The notes beneath the pieces are model-generated. The model did no database searches and was not told the origin of the DNA. It saw only the letters and a program-made list of their open reading frames with translations. A program made the position numbers and the translations under genes. 64,000 nt of DNA, taken from NCBI GenBank assembly GCA_951406725.2, contig OX597833.1, positions 43,710,001-43,774,000 on the forward strand, in the 5' to 3' direction. Of this stretch, positions 13,544 to 26,893 are shown piece by piece (the stretch's first letter is position 1; the number at the start of each line of letters is the position of its first letter). This DNA comes from Octopus vulgaris. Its lineage: Eukaryota.

Positions 13544-13981
13544 TTAATAATAATCCTTTCAAATTTTTGGTACAAATCCAGCAATTTTGAGGAAAGGGGA
13601 AAAATCAATTGTATCAACTCCAGTGCTTGACTGGTATTCATTTTAATGAGTGGTAATATTTATTCCCACTTAAATGTGAATGTTCTGTTAGAACAGACAT
13701 TACTGTGGTAGATGCCATAAGAGAAACACTCATATAGGCTTTTGGGGCAAAATTCACGCTGTTTACAATGCTTGCGGGGAGATAAATCTCTACCAACACC
13801 AGCACCGAGACAACCAGATCATATGATTTCAACGTTCTTTGGTCTCATCGGTTCATCAAAGATGGATGCTCCACCACTAGAGATAGCAGTGGCTCATCTC
13901 TCTGCTAGCAACATATAGAAAATCATTACCTGAACAGTCACTGATATCACAATTAGCCAGTGAACATATTAAAAAAAATTA

Positions 13982-14361
13982 TGCCTTACTGGTATTCGAG
14001 CTCCGTGCTGGTAAGGTGTTAAGAGCACCGTCCGGGCGTGATCGTTGCCAGAGCGGCTATCTGGCCTCCGTGCTGATGGCATGTAAGAGGCACCATTCGA
14101 GCGTGATCGTTACCAGTATCGCCTTACTGGCACCTGTGCCAGTGGCATGTGTAAAAGATTCGAGCGAGATTGTTGCCAGCACTGCCTAACTGGCACGTAA
14201 AAGCACCCACTACACTCTCGGAGTGGTTGTCATTAGGAAGGGCACCCAGCTGTAGAAACTCTGCTTGATCAAGATTGAAGCCTGGTGCGGCCATCTGGTT
14301 CGCCAGCTCTCAGTCAAATCATCTAACCCATGCTAGCATGGAAAGCGGACGATGATGATGA
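13982..14361 (+). mobile_element. RTE-related 3' terminus (second subfamily)
   Basis: ...TAGGAAGGGCACCCAGCTGTAGAAAC...CCCATGCTAGCATGGAAAGCGGACG(ATG)n with upstream subrepeats. Confidence 0.7.
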
Positions 14362-14841
14362 TATATTAGCGACAGAAGTAATATTGATACTGAGAGGTCT
14401 CGAAAACACCAAAGTCAAAGTTAATCTTAGTGAGATTTAGGTTTAACATATACAGAGTCAGAAGAAATGGTACTAAGCACTGTCAGACACACTAATGATT
14501 CTGCCAGCCTGCAACCTTAATAACAATAGTAATAATGATAATTTAAAAAAAATTTTGGTTAAGTTCCGGCATATTGTGCGAGGACAAAAGCAAATTGATT
14601 ATATACACCAAGTGCTTGAGTGATACTTTAAGTTAGTAACCCTGAAAGGATGAAAAACAATGGTGACTGATTTCAGTAGGATTTGAGCATCGCAAAGAAA
14701 TGATGTTAAACAATATGCTTGGCATACTAATAATTTTTGCAGCTTCACGCCTTAAGTCAGAGGACATTCATTTTGCAAGAGATTAAACTATATAAACAAC
14801 AGAAATAAATAGTGAAAATTGGAAAGAAAAGAGAATCTAAC

Positions 14842-15165
14842 CTTTTAGAGATTTTGAAGAAGATATGGCAGTGTTTGTTTCACACATTGTACTGAGCTAC
14901 ATCATTACACTGGAGGCCATTTTTCCAGCACTTAACCACATTATTGTCACTTGGTAAATTACAGTCAAAACCCATCTCCTTTCTTGTGATTGACATTTAA
15001 AATAAGGTGGCAGTTTTTTTTGGAGCAGTATCTCCACAACTATAGTGTCGTTTTGCCTTCAGAGCGAGAATGTAAGCAAATTATCAGTTGTTAAACTACA
15101 TGTGATATTCATTCTACCTCCAATTTTAAAACCATCTTTGGGTTCCAGGCTTGTAATTTCAGCGG
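14842..15165 (-). pseudogene. Disrupted Ig-domain exon (phase 1-1, 324 nt)
   Basis: Acceptor tttcttatatatag|, donor AAAG|GTTAGA. Reads (S)AEITSLEPKDGFKIGGRMNITCSLTTDNLLTFSL* with TGA at 15059-15061 in the Ig Trp position. The CWKNGLQCNDVAQY..CETN motif is split across frames, and a second in-frame TAG lies at 14897-14899. Confidence 0.65.
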
Positions 15166-15313
15166 CTATATATAAGAAAGAAAAAATAGATTATCAGACA
15201 AAAACATTATTTTTATGACAATAATAAGATAATTACAGTTACAAAACAATTATGACAAAGTTAAAACAGTAAGAAGAAAGGAAGAAATTAGAATCAACAA
15301 CAGAGAAGATAAA

Positions 15314-15673
15314 CTAGGAAGGCAATAGGAGAACGCAGACCCCCACCAAGCAAATCATTTTAAGATAGATACACGAGTAAAATTACTAATAGAGAAACGA
15401 AAATAAACTTTGGAAACAGCAATGAACGTGTTTTCAAGGGAGATAATCAAACACCGTAACATTGTAATACTTCATGTAAAGTAAATATAACAAATGAAAA
15501 ATCCTTCAAGAATCAATAAAATTCCAAGATCACTACCATCATCTGTTCCTTGTGTTATTATCAACTTTTCCTGCAAGTTTCATCTACTACGGTTCACAAC
15601 TTTTTGAGTTATTTTGCACAGACAGACAAACCAACGCTGATGAAAACATAACCTCCTTCCTTGGTGGAAGTAA
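15314..15673 (+). mobile_element. Helentron-associated non-autonomous element (HINE/DINE-like)
   Basis: Subterminal CCACCAAG / CTTGGTGG inverted repeat, (CAGA)n, and end AAAACATAACCTCCTTCCTTGGTGGAAGTAA. Confidence 0.55.
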
Positions 15674-17348
15674 CAAAAAAAAAAAAGTGATAAAAAGAAG
15701 ACAGACATTATATATATATATATATATACATACACACACACACACACACACACACATACACTAGCAGAAATACCCATCATTGACTGGGTTCAGAAAGAGC
15801 CTTCAAAAATTATACCCTGATTTATGAAAGTTACTGCTTCGATATTGAATGTTTTGGAGTGGAACATCTGCAAACTCTTATTGCTAGGCTTCGGCCCCAA
15901 AAGTTATAATATAGTCTAATGTACTATTGAACTCAATACTCATTTATCCTTAAGAAAATATTGTTCCCAATCATGTAGATGATAAATCTCTATGCATTCA
16001 TATAACTCAAAAGAAAGGAATGCCAGTTTTTGTGTAAAAGAGATTCTTACATTAACGAGATATAATCATGGTTGCATACAAACTTCTTATTCTTTATCTT
16101 AATATTCTGATTTATAAATTGAAGCAACCATCACACAGACTGTGGTTTTTGCATATAGAATGCAAGTAAATAAAAGCTTGAGGAAAATTTTAAAGACATA
16201 CATATTGCAACGTTTACTCAAGAATCACAACAAACACTAACAATTAAATATATATTATCAGAGTAACGTAACATCTTCACTATAACTATTTATGCTGCTT
16301 AACAAATCAAGTATGATTTATACTTTATACCAAGGACATGGCTGCATAAAGATATAAATAGGTTTTTAAAAATAAAGAAAGTAAAGCAATTAGAAATGAA
16401 AAATGAGAAATAATTAAAATCTGAAACATGATGATATATGAAGAATTTCAAGAAAAAAAAAATTATATAGGTTATAATAGATCTCCAATATGATAATGGA
16501 ATGATTTACTAATGGGTAATTAGTTACAAAACAATTACTCATAACCTTAAAGATTATGCAAAACAATTCTATTACATGTAAAAAAAAAAAAAAAAAAAAT
16601 ACATAGAAATGGCTTTTCATATTTTCAGGGTTTGACGTTAAGAATCTCATTATAAATATATTGAACAATGTACAATTATTAGTTTGTTAATCACTCAGAA
16701 AAAACTTCCTTATAAACAGTATTTTGAGTTTTACCATTAGGGGCAAATGTGAAAAGGTTTTTCTTACTCCCTACTCTAGAAGCACCGACATAACTGTCCA
16801 TGTGAAAAACAATCCTCTTCTAAATGCAAACCAGCAACTTGTAGTGTCTGACCTTGTGACTTATTGATAGACATTGCAAAAGGCAAACGTATGGGAAACT
16901 GAAGTCGTTTGAACTCAAAGGGCATGTTGGAAGGTATTGAAGGAATTCAAGAGATAAAAACATCTTCGCTTTTTCCACAGCCAGAAATTATTGTGGCCTC
17001 TATAACATTGCTCATTAATTTCTTGACAATGAGTCTTGTGCCATTGCATAACTTTGGTTGTGAGAGGTGGCGCAGAAGCATGACTAGAGCACCTGCTTTC
17101 AATCGAAGACAATGAGGAGGAGCACCTGTTGGCTTGAGGGAATTCAAAAATCCTACTGGATAACTGACTAATTTTGATTCATCTATGACAGAGTCTATGG
17201 ATTTATAATTATGCTCAATTCCTGTGAAGATGACTAAAAGAATTATCTCTGATCAGAAAATGGTATGTATAAAAATCCATACATGAAACACATTTTCTGG
17301 TATTATTTCCAAACTGTGGAATACCTAAATGGTATCAATCTTCTCCAA

Positions 17349-17581
17349 GGCGGCGAGCTGGCAGAAACGTTAGCACGCCGGGCGAAATGCTTAGCGGTAT
17401 TTCGTCTACGTTACGTTGTGACTTCAAATTCCGCCAAGGTCAACTTTGCCTTTCATCCTTTCGGGGTTGATAAATTAAGTACCAGTTACACACTGGGTCG
17501 ATGTAATCGATTTAATACCTATGTCTGTCCTTGTTTGTCCCCTCTGTGGTTAGCCCCTTGTGGGTAATAAAGAAATAGGTA
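17349..17581 (+). mobile_element. SINE family A inserted in Helitron
   Basis: Full copy with a 17-bp target duplication GGTATCAATCTTCTCCA. Confidence 0.9.
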
Positions 17582-18572
17582 TCAATCTTCTCCATATACA
17601 AATAGTAGGAGACATTGAAGGCTATCATAAGATCTGTGAGTTTCATATACACATTTCAGTGCATTATCTCTTGAATGAAGAACTATGTCTCTATTGCTAA
17701 AACTTTCATCAGCCATAAGAGTAACTTCATTACCTGTTGGTAAATTGAATCACCTAACATGCTCATTGAATGGTCTTTTATCTGCATTAATAACTACTTG
17801 AAATTCTGTTGAACTTTTCTTGATGGCTGCTTTAAAACTCTGTATGTATGCATTGTTTGCATGTAGCTTTTCTTGTAGATTCCTGATTATGATTCTTCTT
17901 ACCCCTTGGTTAAGGTTGCACCTAACTTTATCCTCCAATAAAATATATTTGTAAGGATTGGGAATCCTCATGCTGTAATGGCAACAATCTTCCAATTTTA
18001 TGATGAATTTGACCTTGAAATTTGTATGTAGGCATAAATCCTCTTTCGCTTACTATATTTGCACCAAAAGGTGTCGTCATGAATGCATTATTGTAACGCT
18101 GTATGTTTTGCAAAAAGTGTTTTGATTCTGGATTTGAGCCCAATAAGAGATATTTTAATGGTTGTGGTGGACCAGCAAGAAGTGGTAATCAGATCTTTCT
18201 ATTACTACAATATTTCTTGGCATTGCAGTAATCACATAGTAATCCTACAGTAACAATGTCTTGCGAATTATATGCATAATTAGGATTATAATTGAATACA
18301 GCCATTTTCCAATCTTCAGTAGTAAAAGGATGCTGTCTAAATTCTTGATACCTTAATCTGTCTGTTATCTTCCTAGTGTTGAGATCATCCTTAGTTAGAA
18401 GTTGCCTGGTTGCTGCAGTCTGTCGAGTATTCATTCTAACTCTCCTCCCCCTTACTTCTGGAGTTTCAGACTGTTTTGCTGCTGTGGTCTATTCAGCATC
18501 TAATCTTCATCTTGTTTCAGCCAGTTCTTGAGTCTCAGATTGCCTTGCTGCTGCAGTTCGTTGGGCATTTAA

Positions 18573-18791
18573 CCCTTTAGTGTTCAGATTATTCTATCAA
18601 ACATAATGCTAATTGATTCCCATTGATTTGAATTAATCATGCATTATCTTATATTTTCAAGATCTTGATAGTGTAATTACTTAATGTAGAATAACATTGT
18701 AGGGTAGGTATGAGGGCCTGGATCTGGTCAGTTTGAACATAAAACAGATTAAATATTTTGGCCAGATATGGCCGGTTTAAATACTAAAGGG
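18573..18791. mobile_element. piggyBac-like MITE nested in Helitron
   Basis: TTAA|CCCTTTAGT...ACTAAAGGG|TTAA. Confidence 0.75.
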
Positions 18792-18972
18792 TTAATATTC
18801 GTCTTTTTTCTGCTTCTTCTTGACTCGAAAGGCTGCATGCCTTTCAGCATCTACTCTCAGTCTGTTGGTCTGCTGATAGTCAGTCTCTTCAGATCTTTTT
18901 TCTTTTCCTACGCTGAGATTGCTTAGGTAGTCTAAATCTAATTTTTTTCAGAAGGCATTGTAGTAGGGTGAA

Positions 18973-19360
18973 TCTATATATAAATCTGAAGTTGTCTGTG
19001 TATGGCAGGTTTGGTAGCTTTCAACTAACACTATCTCCTCCGAGACCCTGCAGTGCAAGTTGACCAAAATTGAAAGTATGATAAAAGAAGGCTTGCTCTT
19101 CCTTCTGCAGTGAAAAAATTCAAATCGGACCATGATAACACCAAAAATTATTTACATCAAAAAGGTGCTTTTTTTCTATGAAAATCCCTACTTTTTACAA
19201 TTTTTTCACTGCTGTGTTGCCATTTTTCGGTGTATTTCAACCAGAAAAATGTTCACTTAAAGAGAACAACAATCTACATAATGCAAAATTTTTACTTTTC
19301 AAAAATTCTAATTCTAAAGGGTTGAAAAGAAAACAAACCCAAGCAACAAGATACTGCTAG
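18973..19360 (+). mobile_element. Non-autonomous Helitron
   Basis: A|TCTATATATAAA...CTGCTAG|T: canonical TC...CTAG ends in an AT target. Confidence 0.7.
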
Positions 19361-19728
19361 TTAATCTATGTTTTCAACATTCAGAAGGCCAAGCAGAGAG
19401 GTGAAAGATATGGAAAAGACATGATAAAATAACGAAATAGTTTTATGATTTAAATATCGTCAATATCAGAGCTATTTGAATATTCTCATTATAGACTATG
19501 CAACATAAATTTATGCATTAGAAAAGGAATATTTTGATAAGTAAAATATACTTAGTTAACCATACCACTGTCAGTTCAAACACATGTCTCATCAGTTAAT
19601 GGTATACCAATACAACAATCGACAGTGAGTAGTTCTATATTTATGTAAAGAATATATAATTCTATAAAGAAGCTGTTTTCATCCACGTTTGACTTAAGCA
19701 AAGGAAGATATATATATATATATATATA

Positions 19729-20047
19729 TCATCATCATCATTTGACACCCGTTTTCCATGCTAGCATGGGTTGGACGGTTCAACCAGGGTCTGGGAAGCC
19801 AGGAGGCTGTACCAGGCTCCAGTCTGATCTGGTAGTGTTTCTACAGCTGGATGCCCTTCCTAACGCCAACCACTCCATGACAGTAGTGGGTGCTTTTTAC
19901 GTACCACCGGCACATGTATCACAACTACAATTTCCATTTATTTATTTATCAGACTGGGCCTGGTGCAGCCTTCTGGCTTCCCAGACCCCAGTTGAGCCGT
20001 CCAACCCATGCCAGCGTGGAAAGCGGACGTTAAATGATGATGATGAT
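19729..20047. mobile_element. Two RTE 3' termini in inverted, tail-out arrangement
   Basis: 19729-19936 (minus) and 19950-20047 (plus) both match the RTE 3' end, with (CAT)n/(GAT)n tails pointing outward. Confidence 0.75.
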
Positions 20048-20049
20048 GT

Positions 20050-22462
<2,413 letters not shown>

Positions 22463-22658
22463 TTTGTGAAATAGAAAGATGAATAATCTTGTTGCAGATT
22501 AATCAAAAGTTTAACTGATACCTTGGTAGCAAAAATCACAGCAGAAGATAGCATGGTTGGAGGTACAACCATATGGTGTTGCAACCATGCGTTGGTGCGG
22601 ATAATTGAATTTTAATATTATTAGTGAATTGAAGAAATGGAGTTGAACGAAGATTGAA

Positions 22659-22899
22659 CAGAAATCGTTTTATTGCATTCTACACGTGTTTCGAAAGCCA
22701 CAATTTACCAAATTCCGATTGAATAAGGAGACCATATTGTGTCGTTCGATGTGTTTTGCTGCGCCTCTGTTCTGTTTTTGTTTTTGCCAACGGATTTCCT
22801 ATTTCTTCCTGAAGAGAAAGACACAATATGGTCTCCTTATTCAATCGGAATTTGGTAAATTGTGGCTTTCGAAACATGTGTAGAATGCAATAAAACGAT

Positions 22900-22904
<5 letters not shown>
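22659..22904. repeat. Foldback repeat (~85-bp arms)
   Basis: CAGAAATCGTTTTATTGC...ATTGTGTC is mirrored by GACACAAT...GCAATAAAACGATTTCTG, with one visible mismatch. Confidence 0.95.
22806..22885 (+). ncRNA. Type-I hammerhead ribozyme, extended stem II
   Basis: TTC-CTGAAGA-GAAAG..CTTTC-GAAAC-ATGT-GTA|GAA. Stem I TTC/GAA, stem II GAAAG/CTTTC. Confidence 0.75.
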
Positions 22905-22944
<40 letters not shown>

Positions 22945-22949
<5 letters not shown>

Positions 22950-24381
22950 TACAAGAGTAGATCGTATACGAGTGGGTATATATTTGTAAAAAAGAAGTTT
23001 GAAAACGCCACTATATTAGATAAATTTTAATTTTACATGTTTCGGTTCTTGAAATAACGAACCTTATCAAAAAAATTTATAATAAATAGTATAATGGAAC
23101 AGTTCATAATTGTTACATACATTCAATAGAATCCATACTATATACATTCAATAGAATCCATGTTCTTAAAAAGGCGAACCTTATCAAATATATTATAAAG
23201 AGTATAATAGAAAAATTCCATAGTCGTTCCTTACTGTTTTGTCGAGTGTAGTGGAGAAGTTCATTATAGATTTTACCTTGTGTTCCAATGGGAGCAGCAG
23301 AAGTGATTCTTGGTCGTCGTCTGTTGGGGTTATATCAGCTACTCTGGCACTGTTCACTGACGTCATATAATTCCAAACCAATCAAAACCCAGCTTCAACG
23401 AATATAAGGAAAAGACCCATAACTGTATCCTGTTAGGAAACCAACCAAGCAGAACGACAAGCTTGACCACAGAAGAAAAACAAATCAGATCTGACCCATA
23501 ACTGTATCCTGTAAGGTGGCAAGCCAAGCAGAACGACTAGTTTGACCACGGAAGAAAAACGTCATCAATTTTTTAACGAATCAAAATCAGATCTGACTCA
23601 TAACTGTATCCTGTAAGGTGGCTAACCAAGCAGAATGACTAGTTTGACCACGGAGGTAAATCGTCATCAATTTTTTGACGAATCAAAATCCGATGTGCTC
23701 GCAGAGAAAAAATCTTTTTATAAATTCTTCCTTCCCTAAGACATACCACTGCCAGCGGGGGTGAATGTTTAAGGATCTGAGAAGTTGTAATCCCCCCCAC
23801 ATCCACTATTTTAATTCTCTCATTGTGGCCGTCGCTGCAGTGGTAGTAGTAGGGGGCTGTTGATCATAGCAGTAATGGTAGTGACCACGGTGGTTGTAGT
23901 AGTAGTGCTAGTGGGAGCAGTCGTAGCGGTTGTGGTAGAATTTCGTTTTTTCTTTTTCGGAAGACCAATGTTTTGTTTTAATATTGCTGGCCCAGGGTGT
24001 TCAAACTTGGTCTAAATTTTTTGATGAAATAAAGTTCTTTATTTTGGCGTTGAGTGAAGGTTACGCTGTCACTGAATTTGTAAAGTGGGTAAGTTGTAAA
24101 TTTCGGATTTTCATTTGCAGCACATCTATCTATGTGTCCGCTGACCGGTATTTTCCGGTATTCAGGGTTTCTAATTTGTGATTTATGCACCGCCATCCTA
24201 TTACGTAAGCTATTTTTTGTATGGCCTATATATTGCCTATTGCAGCCTGCGCATGTTAAGACGTAAATTAAGTTTTCTGAAGCACAGGTGAAGTTTGTTC
24301 TAATGGTGAACTGATGGCCTTGTTCAAGTATAAATTCTGAACCTTCTACCAAGATGACACAGATTCCGCAGTTGGGCCTTC
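22945..24381 (-). mobile_element. Neptune-like PLE 3' fragment (GIY-YIG + 3' UTR)
   Basis: RPNCGIC..FTCASENLIYVLTCAGCNRQYIGHTKNSLRNRMAVH..KELYFIKKFRPSLN. Three ~80-105-bp tandem repeats at 23415-23690. Ends in (TA)n. Confidence 0.85.
23031..23073 (-). ncRNA. Minimal hammerhead ribozyme, U3-A8 variant
   Basis: TTT-TTGATAA-GGTTC(GTTATTTCAA)GAACC-GAAAC-AT-GTA|AAA. Confidence 0.65.
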
Positions 24382-24699
24382 CCATCTATATATGTACATA
24401 TATATATATATCCATATATATATGTACATATATATATATACATCCATATATATATGTACATATATATATATATCCATATATATATGTACATATATTCATA
24501 TCCATATATATATCTATATATATGTACATCATCATCATCATCATCATCATCATTTAACGTCCGCTTTCCATGCTAGCATGGGTTGGACGGTTCAACTGGG
24601 GTCTGGGAGCCCGAAGGCTGCACCAGGCCAGTCAGATCTGGCAGTGTTTCTACAGCTGGATGCCCTTCCTAACGCCAACCACTCCGAGAGTGTAGTGGG

Positions 24700-26893
24700 T
24701 GATTTTATGTGCCACCGACACAGGTGCCAGACGAGGCTGGCGAACGGCCACGCTCGGATGGTGTTTTTATGTGCCACCGACACAGGTGCCAGACGAGGCT
24801 GGCGAACGGCCACGCTCGGATGGTGTTTTTATGTGCCACCGACACAGGTGCCAGACGAGGCTGAGGAACGGCCACGATCGGATGGTGTTTCTTACGTGCC
24901 CACAGCACGGAGGCCAGTCGATGCGGTACTGGCTACGGCCACGTTCGGATGGTTTTCTTGTGTGCCACCGGCACTGGTACCACAAAGATACAAATTCCAT
25001 TGATGTTCATCTATTTTGATTTGATTTGATTTGATTTGATTTTCACTTGCCTCAACAGGTCTTCACAAGTGTCACAGGAAGGAAGGAAGGTATGCACAGG
25101 TGAACTGACAACGTCCCAGGTAGGGGCCACGGGTTATGGCCTGACTAGTCTTGCCGGGTCTTCGGATGATGTTTTTATGTGTCTCCGACACAGGTGCCAG
25201 ATGGATGGTGTTTGTTACGTGCCCACAGCACGGAGGCCAGTCGATGCGGTACTGGCTACGGCCACGTTCGGATGGTTTTCTTGTGTGCCACCGGCACTGG
25301 TACCACAAAGATACAAATTCCATTGATGTTCATCTATTTTGATTTGATTTGATTTGATTTGATCACTTGTCTCAACAGGTCTTCACAAGTGTCACAAGAA
25401 GGAAGGTATGCACAGGTGGACTGACTACGTCCCAAGTAGAGGCCACGGGTTATGGCCTGACTAGTCTTGCCGGGTCTTCGGATGGTGCTTTTATGTGCCA
25501 CCGACACAGGTGCCAGATGAGGCTGGCGAACGGCCACGATCGGATGGTGTTTGTTATGAGCCCACAGCACAGAGGCCAGTCGATGCGGTACTGGCTACGG
25601 CCATGTTCGGATGGTTATCTTGTGTGCCACCGGCACTGGTACCACAAAGATACAAATTCCATTGATGTTCATCTATTTTGATTTGATTTGATTTGATTTG
25701 ATCACTTGCCTCAACAGGTCTTCACAAGTGTCACAAGAAGGAAGGTATGCACAGGCGGACTGACTACGTCCCAGGTAGGGGCCACGGGTTATGGCCTGAC
25801 TAGTCTTGCCGGGTCTTCAGATGGTGTTTTTATGTGCCACCGACACAGGTGCCTGATGAGGCTGGCGAACGGACATGATCGGATGGTGTTTGTTACGTGC
25901 CCACAGCACGGAGGCCAGTCGATGCGGTACTGGCTACGGCCACGTTCGGATTGTTTTCTTGTGTGCCACCGGCACTGGTACCATAAAGATACAAATTCCA
26001 TTGATGTTCATCTATTTTATTTTGATTTTCACTTTCACTTGCCTCAAAAGGTCTTCACAAGTGTCACAAGAAGGAAGGTATGCACAGGTGGACTGACTAC
26101 GTCCCAGGTTGGGGCCACGGATTATGGCCTGACTAGTCTTGCCGGGTCTTCGGATGGTGTTTTTATGTGCCACCGACACAGGTGCCTAGTCTTGCCGGGT
26201 CTTCGGATGGTGTTTTTATGTGCCACTGACACAGGTGCCGGATGAGGCTGGCGAACGGCCACGATTGGATGGTGTTTGTTACGTGCCCACAGCACGGAGG
26301 CCAGTCGATGCAGTACTGGCTACGGCCACGTTCGGATGGTTTTCTTGTGTGCCACCGGCACTGGTACCACAAAGATACAAATTCCATTGATATTCATCTA
26401 TTTCGATTTGATTTGATTTTTTTTTTTTTTTTTTTTTTGATTTTCACTTGCCTCAACAGGTCTTCACAAGTGTCACAAGAAGGGAGGTATGCACAGGTGA
26501 ACTGACTACGTCCCAGGTAGGGGCCACGGGTTATGGCCTGACTAGTCTTGCCGGGTCTTCGGATGGTGTCTTTATGTGCCACCGACACAGGTGCCAGATG
26601 AGGCTGGCGAACGGCCACGATCGGATGGTGTTTGCTATGTGCCCACAGCACGGAGGCCAGTCGATGCGGTACTGGCTACGGCCACGTTCGGATGGTTTTC
26701 TTGTGTGCCACCAGCACTGGTACCACAAAGATACAAATTCCATTGATGATCATCTATTTTATTTTGATTTTCACTTTCACTTGCCTCAACAGGTCTTCAC
26801 AAGTGTCACAAGAAGGAAGGTATGCACAGGTGGACTGACTACGTCCCAGGTAGGGGCCACGGGTTATGGCCTGACTACTCTTGCGGGGTCTTC
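24700..26893. repeat. Tandem array of ~6 x ~320-400-bp units (with ~61-bp subrepeats) in the RTE 3' UTR
   Basis: Unit GATGGTGTTTTTATGTGCCACCGACACAGG...(TTTGA)n...GCCGGGTCTTC recurs near 24820, 25164, 25480, 25820, 26152/26204 and 26561. Confidence 0.9.

Larger units (their letters stand above)
15761..19708 (-). mobile_element. Decayed Helitron (Rep-helicase fragments); 5' boundary uncertain
   Basis: 3' end CTAG at 15761 with hairpin ACCCA..TGGGT. PIF1 helicase motifs LCNGTRL, QFPIRLPFAMSINKSQGQT and FSHGQLYV at 16750-17230. Helitron N-terminal motifs HFLQNIQRYNNAF..GQIHHKIG..QIYF at 17750-18430. Confidence 0.85.

Noticed and set aside
13638-13832. ORF between the two Ig exons as an additional exon
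   Set aside because: No Ig cysteine/tryptophan pattern and no convincing phase-1 splice pair.
24700-26893. Regularly spaced repeats resembling a CRISPR array or repeat protein
   Set aside because: No unique spacers, eukaryotic context, and contiguous with the RTE ORF end and tail.
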